The notes under the pieces: generated by a model
What the model saw: the letters and a program-made list of their open reading frames with translations, nothing else
Told to the model about the DNA's origin: nothing
Databases searched by the model: none
IMG/VR virus record: IMGVR_UViG_3300030397_000106
Location: 1-31,040 of that record
DNA: 31,040 bases
Reading direction: 5' to 3' (one strand)
From: a virus
Taxonomy: Duplodnaviria > Caudoviricetes
Translations under genes and position numbers: made by a program
Shown here: positions 26,195 through 31,040 of the stretch, one piece after another
Numbering within the stretch: the first letter of the stretch is position 1
Layout: the number at the start of each line of letters is the position of its first letter

Positions 26195-27760
26195 TCATCG
26201 GTCTAGTATTGAAATATACTTCTTACGTTTCGGGGGAGTTCGTTTGTCCCCGTCAGCTGACCAATTTGAAAGTCCCAATGGATTTGTCTTACTGCCGTCT
26301 TTGTTGTATATAACATCGCCCATGTTCCAGCCAGTCTTGGCTTCATTAGGAACTAAAAACTCTCGGCCCTTCTTGAGGATCAATCTGTCCTCGGCCACTT
26401 TGAGAATTTCTGGCGTGAGTTCATCACAAGCGTTTTCATCTACTTGGAAGAGTAAACTGTCATGCACTTGGTTCAGGATATGAACCGGCATGTTCTTATT
26501 CCATACGTTAAGCATGGCTGCGATAATAGCTTCCGCAGTATCGGATTGTGATGGATAGGCAACGGCTTCATTAATAACACTAGGGTCGGAGGCGCGTCCG
26601 AAAAACATACGACGACGGCCTCGTAGATTGGTCAGCATTGAATATTCTTTTAAGCTGTGTCTGATGTAATTGTGATATTCTGGTATGACTGGAAATGCGC
26701 TGAAATATTTTTTCTGGAATGTCTGAATAATCTTGATTGGAGTTTTTGTGTGTGATGCCATTGTGTGTGGTTGACCGAGGTAATTTGTTCCGTGTCCGAG
26801 GCGCTTGGCGGTTTGACGGTAGGAGTCCTGACGATAGAACATTTGCTCGGCTACGGCTTTCATAGCTTTAAGATCTGTTCTATCCTCGGGCCAATCTAAC
26901 TCTTGCCACGCCATCGCGCAAACAGTTGTATGCAGATCGCCGGACTCACATGCGTCGAGGTAACTTCCGGCGAAAGCCTCACCGTGTTCTTCTACGAATA
27001 AATTCCACATCATCGCAGCCATGTTTCGACTGTCACCCTGTTCAAGGTCGATGTTGAGGAATTTCATTCCATCGTCTGGGATAAAGATTGTGCGGAGTGC
27101 GCGGTCAATGTTTTGTAGGTTAGTGCCGGTTCCGAACTCGGATTGCTTGGATGCAAGTCGGCCTGTGTTTGTTCCGGCTATGTTATACATGGCGCGCATA
27201 CGGCCATCGGGATCAATACCTGTTTTAAGGAAGCCGAGCTTCTTGTCCAGATCGCGGAGTAAAAGCATGTGGGCGCAGATAGGCTGGGCAAGAAAATTGA
27301 CTGATAGCTTTTCGAGTGCATCGCGGTCAGTGGTAGGGTTGTACTTACCTGTCTTTGCGTTGCGTTTTCGAATAGGTTTGTAACCTAGTATGCCGTAGAA
27401 CAGTGTCGCCATATCTTTGGGCGAACGGTAGTTTAGTTCTTGGCCTATGCCTTCCACGAAGAGTCGGTTGAGCTGTTCTTCGAGTTGTACCTTTTTATCC
27501 ATAAACTCGAGACGAATCTTTTCCCGCTGGTATGGATCGACACGAATACCTCGCATAGTCATTTCGAGGATGGGTTGGCGAAGTGCGAGACTTCTTTGGT
27601 ATGTGGCTAGGTCCGGCGCTTCTAGTTCGGCAAGAAGAACTTCGAGAACCTCAAGTGTAACACAGCAGTCAAAGCCGTTGTAGAGAGCTTCCTGTTCGAA
27701 GAGTGAGAGTTTACGCAGGTCTGCATCGGTCTCGTAATCTGCTGTGTTCAGGATTTTCAT
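26195..27760 (-). CDS. DNA polymerase family A, polymerase domain plus only the ExoIII part of the proofreading domain
   Basis: TNTGRLAS, NLQNI, motif A DLEQGDSR, GDLH, motif B RQTAKRLGHGTNY, motif C QVHDS; N-terminal YNGFD. Confidence 0.93.
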   Translation of the reverse strand: MKILNTADYETDADLRKLSLFEQEALYNGFDCCVTLEVLEVLLAELEAPDLATYQRSLALRQPILEMTMRGIRVDPYQREKIRLEFMDKKVQLEEQLNRLFVEGIGQELNYRSPKDMATLFYGILGYKPIRKRNAKTGKYNPTTDRDALEKLSVNFLAQPICAHMLLLRDLDKKLGFLKTGIDPDGRMRAMYNIAGTNTGRLASKQSEFGTGTNLQNIDRALRTIFIPDDGMKFLNIDLEQGDSRNMAAMMWNLFVEEHGEAFAGSYLDACESGDLHTTVCAMAWQELDWPEDRTDLKAMKAVAEQMFYRQDSYRQTAKRLGHGTNYLGQPHTMASHTKTPIKIIQTFQKKYFSAFPVIPEYHNYIRHSLKEYSMLTNLRGRRRMFFGRASDPSVINEAVAYPSQSDTAEAIIAAMLNVWNKNMPVHILNQVHDSLLFQVDENACDELTPEILKVAEDRLILKKGREFLVPNEAKTGWNMGDVIYNKDGSKTNPLGLSNWSADGDKRTPPKRKKYISILDR

Positions 27761-28031
27761 GGGTTAACCTCTAAATAGTGTACGGTCAGCGGCTTTCTTA
27801 TAATATAATCTGCCGGTCGCATCTTTGTAGATGTACTTATCTGTTTCAAGATAGTATATTCGTGTGTCAGGTTTTGTTGTGGCTTTATCTGCATAGAGTC
27901 CTATAAATCCTTTACCTGATTGTGCGAATAAACGTCCGTTAAGCGTGTAGAGTTTTTCTTGGATAAACACACCTTTGGTTTGTAAGACGGCAAAGTCTCC
28001 GGTAGATACAGTGAATAAAGACATGGGTTAA
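27758..28031. repeat. 10-bp direct repeat CATGGGTTAA (27758-27767 and 28022-28031) flanking one gene
   Basis: Both copies read TTAACCCATG on the - strand, i.e. stop-CCC-start junctions. Confidence 0.7.
27764..28024 (-). CDS. Hypothetical protein (86 aa, basic, beta-rich)
   Basis: SD GAAGGA; tightly packed between neighbours. Confidence 0.7.
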   Translation of the reverse strand: MSLFTVSTGDFAVLQTKGVFIQEKLYTLNGRLFAQSGKGFIGLYADKATTKPDTRIYYLETDKYIYKDATGRLYYKKAADRTLFRG

Positions 28032-28180
28032 TCCTTCGCATTGTGTGCTAGTTTATACACAGTCCAAGCGCGCTTGATCCATACTTGTTGTTGTGTTTCT
28101 GTATAATCTATTTCCCAAGTTCCTCCGTTAATAGTTTCAGCAAGGTACTTTGCAATTTCAAAAACTTCTGTCGGTATCAT
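28028..28180 (-). CDS. Hypothetical protein (50 aa), absent from the ORF track
   Basis: MIPTEVFEIAKYLAETINGGTWEIDYTETQQQVWIKRAWTVYKLAHNAKD*; ATGA overlap with the upstream gene, SD AAGGAG; fills the gap. Confidence 0.7.
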   Translation of the reverse strand: MIPTEVFEIAKYLAETINGGTWEIDYTETQQQVWIKRAWTVYKLAHNAKD

Positions 28181-28512
28181 ATATCCCACTCCTTAAATGT
28201 AGCTGGGTCAAAATAATGGATGGACAGTTTTTCAATATAGCATTGATCGATCTCGCCTTTCACGCCTTTACTCTGCTGCCATCCATCTAGACAAAGTACA
28301 TACATAGACTGTGCGGACTTGAGCATGTGAATGCCGTGGGCGCGCCAGTAATCTTCCGGTGCATCGCAGCCTAGGGAATTGGTAAGCGGGTTGAAGAAGA
28401 AGCTGCGAGGCTCTTGGTTGACTAGATGTGCATGGAAAGCTGACAAAGCATCGATACGTGATTGACGAATAATTTCATCCTCGTGCCAGAACGGGGCCGC
28501 AAGATAAATCAT
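28177..28512 (-). CDS. DUF1937-like protein (nucleoside 2-deoxyribosyltransferase-like fold)
   Basis: MIYLAAPF, FFNPLTNS and VLCLDGWQQSKGVKGEI motifs; SD AAGGAGG. Confidence 0.7.
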   Translation of the reverse strand: MIYLAAPFWHEDEIIRQSRIDALSAFHAHLVNQEPRSFFFNPLTNSLGCDAPEDYWRAHGIHMLKSAQSMYVLCLDGWQQSKGVKGEIDQCYIEKLSIHYFDPATFKEWDI

Positions 28513-28739
28513 TGCAATACCTCCTTAATTGGAAGTAAGGCATTGCGATTTATACAAGCTGCGTAGTTGCCTTGATGATTGTAAATAACATGGCCGCGGT
28601 AGTACTGGCAGATTGTGGAAAGTTTATCGACATATACAGTAGAATTAGTGTAATCACTACGGATAGCAGCATATGAACCTAAACTTATACCAAAAAGTAA
28701 CGTAATGATTAATGAGATAATCATATAAAAATTATTCAT
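28509..28739 (-). CDS. Small protein with N-terminal TM/signal segment
   Basis: 76 aa, hydrophobic N-terminus, two Cys; AT-rich; overlaps both neighbours. Confidence 0.6.
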   Translation of the reverse strand: MNNFYMIISLIITLLFGISLGSYAAIRSDYTNSTVYVDKLSTICQYYRGHVIYNHQGNYAACINRNALLPIKEVLQ

Positions 28740-29095
28740 TATCGTTTCCCCAATTTTGCATAGCCAGCTATATCATCCCAATGATCTTCCTCGGTCGGTT
28801 CGCCAGAAAGTATTCGTGATATTTTGGTGCACATTAGATCAAGAGACTCGCGCTTTGTAAAGTCGAGTGCGGCCTGACCTCTGTTCTTGCGATGTTCGAC
28901 TTCATTCTGAATGATGCCCTTTAACCGTTGCGCGATACGGGCTGTGTCAATGTAGTCGCCATGAGTTAATTCGCGAGTGTCAAGAAGCTCGGTTGTGCTG
29001 TGGCCTGCGGTTCCGTCGTCGGAGTCCATCGTAGCTTTTTTAATCTCTCCAGTTGATGCACCGTCTAAACCTATTTCTTCTAATATACTCATCAA
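28739..29095 (-). CDS. DUF6378-like phage protein
   Basis: RELTHGDY...LDLMCTKISRILSG...DHWDDIAGYAKL motif. Confidence 0.7.
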   Translation of the reverse strand: MMSILEEIGLDGASTGEIKKATMDSDDGTAGHSTTELLDTRELTHGDYIDTARIAQRLKGIIQNEVEHRKNRGQAALDFTKRESLDLMCTKISRILSGEPTEEDHWDDIAGYAKLGKR

Positions 29096-30099
29096 ACATC
29101 TCCTTCTTTCACTGTGTGTTTAGGTCTCATGAATTTCCATGCGCGTTCGTTAGTGTATAGGCTGCCGAGAAGTCCGAGACCTTTTTCCATTTCCGGCTGC
29201 ATGGCGTGATGGAGTAGCATCGTGTCGTGGTTGGCGAATGAGCATTTAATGCCGTAACTTTCAAGCAGGAATCTCATGTCGTAGTTGTAGTTCTGCCCTA
29301 CGTAAATTAAAAACTTGCGTTCGCAAATCTTCTTAACCCATTTCCAAACTAGCACTTCGGTCTTGAGGTCCGGCCAGTAATTTTTATCGGCCTTGCGATC
29401 GTCAAAGAATGGGATTACAAGTGCGCGATCTATGGTCGGCGCAAATCCTATCTCGGTTATCTGATTGCCAGCTGTTTCAATGTCGATTGAGATTGAAGTG
29501 GCATTGGTTAGATACTCGCGTTCGAATTCTAGTATGTCTGCATAGTCTGGCTCCACATGAATGAAACGCTGCGGGCGGCGAAGGTCTGGGAACTCGGCTT
29601 CGGCCTTAGCTTTTTGCAGGTCGGACAGAAGGATTGGCAGGTCTTTTCTATTCCGGTTCACCATAAGCGGGTGGTAGGTTGGAAGGATTTTCAAATCTCC
29701 ATAACCAAGTGTTGGCGCGCCGCGGTAGCGTTTGATACCTGTTTGTTTGGTGAGTGCCCACAGCGGTGTGTTGCCTAAAGCTATGGTTACGTTAGGATTG
29801 AAGTCGGTTAGCTGTTGACGAAGGCGGAGTAGTTCTGGTTCGTACTTTGCCTGAACATACTTGCCGCGTTCCAACATTGGCATACCTTTAATGGCAGTCT
29901 CTTTTGGGCCGCATAGGTTTTCGATTTTGTTTGTGGGGCGTGGACGAAGTTTGAAGACTGAAGTTATCAATACGTCCTTGCGCGAAATGCCAGCCAGCAT
30001 TAGGAGATAGTTGAACCAACGACTGTCCTCTTTCGGGAAGGTAGTTTGATACTTCTCTTCCTTCTCGTTCCACGCCTCACTGACGATTGCCATTTTCAT
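29092..30099 (-). CDS. Uracil-DNA glycosylase-like domain (SPO1 polymerase-related) fused to a partial 3'-5' exonuclease (ExoI and ExoII)
   Basis: AIVSEAW, AGISRKDVLITSVFK.RP, PNVTIALGN and LPTYHP (UDG-like); SIDIET, GQNYNYD and HDTMLLHH (DnaQ-like). Confidence 0.85.
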   Translation of the reverse strand: MKMAIVSEAWNEKEEKYQTTFPKEDSRWFNYLLMLAGISRKDVLITSVFKLRPRPTNKIENLCGPKETAIKGMPMLERGKYVQAKYEPELLRLRQQLTDFNPNVTIALGNTPLWALTKQTGIKRYRGAPTLGYGDLKILPTYHPLMVNRNRKDLPILLSDLQKAKAEAEFPDLRRPQRFIHVEPDYADILEFEREYLTNATSISIDIETAGNQITEIGFAPTIDRALVIPFFDDRKADKNYWPDLKTEVLVWKWVKKICERKFLIYVGQNYNYDMRFLLESYGIKCSFANHDTMLLHHAMQPEMEKGLGLLGSLYTNERAWKFMRPKHTVKEGDV

Positions 30100-30363
30100 T
30101 TACCATCCACCTACATGCCCAGTAACTTTGTCACAAGGATTACGCGGAACTGATTCCGCCCATTCTGCGCCGTCATATACGACAGGAAAATATACTCTAG
30201 TTTCTGTCCATGCCGTAAAACTGATACCTGCAGGTCCTCCATAGCCGTCATAAAATTTAACCAGCTCTTCCTCGTCTTTGAATGTACTAGCTATTATATC
30301 TTCCCATACTTCTCCATGATCGGCCATAGCAGTTTCTATTAACTCTTTCCAACATGTATTCAT
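30100..30363 (-). CDS. Hypothetical phage protein (87 aa, acidic, Trp-rich)
   Basis: SD AAGGAG; FYDGYGG...FTAWTETRVYFPVVYDGAEW..SVPRNP; abuts the next gene. Confidence 0.7.
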   Translation of the reverse strand: MNTCWKELIETAMADHGEVWEDIIASTFKDEEELVKFYDGYGGPAGISFTAWTETRVYFPVVYDGAEWAESVPRNPCDKVTGHVGGW

Positions 30364-30374
30364 TTTATTTCTCC

Positions 30375-31040
30375 TTATAAATCAAGTTCCAAACTCGCAC
30401 CACGATCCGCCCATGCTTCACAAGTGCGCTCGAAAAATTCATAGTTGAACTCAAGGCCGAGAACTGTCTTGGCTTTAAGTTCTTCCGCTGCGAAGATGGC
30501 TGTGCCGGAACCGCAAGTTGGATCAAGCATAACAGTTGTTTCATCGACCAGCATAGATAAGAAGTGCTTCAACATACCTACATTCTTCTGCGACATGTGA
30601 TGTTGTTTGATGTTGGGGGCTGAGAATAAGTTAGCAACTGGACGCACGATCAAGCGGTCGCCGCGAGAACAGAGGAAAGCTGTTTCATAGATTTGGCGAG
30701 GACCGCGGTTCGGGTCTGGGATGATACCAGAGTTATCATTCTTGTGCCAGATGAGTGGCATTGGGTTTACCTTCCATCCCATTGCTTCGAGTTTGGTTTT
30801 TGTTTCCTCATAGTAATTCATACTGAACCAGAAGATCATGTGTGCGGATTTGGCTACAATATTTTCCATGGCTGCAGTGAGAGTTTCAATCAAACTATCA
30901 TAAACATCTTTACCATCTGCGTACCCGCCAAACTCTGCCGATGCACCTTGGTCATGCGTGTCAGCTTTGATCCCGTACGGGAAGTCACAGTGGATTAGAT
31001 TGAACTTGGGGCCGGTGTACTCAGGTGCCCACAGTGTGAA
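30375..31040 (-). CDS. DNA N6-adenine/N4-cytosine methyltransferase (beta-class motif order), 5'-truncated by the window edge
   Basis: Frame is open to 31040 (FTLWAPEYTGPKFNLIHCDFPYG...); motif IV DFPY precedes LIWHK, H..QK and motif I LDPTCGSGT. Confidence 0.85.
   Translation of the reverse strand, partial: FTLWAPEYTGPKFNLIHCDFPYGIKADTHDQGASAEFGGYADGKDVYDSLIETLTAAMENIVAKSAHMIFWFSMNYYEETKTKLEAMGWKVNPMPLIWHKNDNSGIIPDPNRGPRQIYETAFLCSRGDRLIVRPVANLFSAPNIKQHHMSQKNVGMLKHFLSMLVDETTVMLDPTCGSGTAIFAAEELKAKTVLGLEFNYEFFERTCEAWADRGASLELDL

Larger units (their letters stand above)
18..31040. mobile_element. Partial bacteriophage genome, podovirus with BPP-1/epsilon15-like head and tail module
   Basis: Gene order terminase-portal-scaffold-capsid-cement-tail tube A/B-ejection proteins-tailspike-lysis; convergent polA/helicase module; no host genes seen. 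Confidence 0.95.

Noticed and set aside
27660-29200. Split intein or group I intron joining the polymerase halves
   Set aside because: No intein N-block after the exonuclease part, no HN-(C/S/T) junction at the polymerase N-terminus, and no homing endonuclease; the interval is filled with coupled ORFs, leaving no room for a ribozyme core
1-31040. tRNA genes, CRISPR arrays, integrase/att sites, stop-codon reassignment
   Set aside because: None seen; coding density is near complete under the standard code, and TAA, TGA and TAG all act as stops

Overview
The window is about 31 kb of a dsDNA podovirus genome with a BPP-1/epsilon15-like virion module. The host is Gram-negative (overlapped spanins) and plausibly an alphaproteobacterium (inference). 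The + strand (248-25011) is one tightly coupled late operon: TerS, capsid staple-like protein, TerL, portal, scaffold, major capsid, cement protein, tail tubes A/B, ejection proteins (one with a lambda-R-like lysozyme domain), tailspike, lysis cassette, a chain of small fibre-like genes and two membrane proteins. The - strand (25012-31040) is a convergent replication module: DUF3987-like helicase, family A DNA polymerase, small accessory genes, a UDG-like/3'-5' exonuclease fusion and a truncated amino-methyltransferase. The most notable signal is a family A polymerase that appears split inside its proofreading domain: ExoI/II lie on the UDG-like gene and ExoIII on the polymerase gene, 1.3 kb apart. 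The polymerase also has unusual active-site residues (Asp at the steric-gate position, His at the 762-equivalent). The post-lysis fibre genes share complementary terminal motifs that suggest a daisy-chained fibre. Bases 1-17 are an untrimmed random-amplification primer. All family assignments come from motif recognition by eye; no searches were run.
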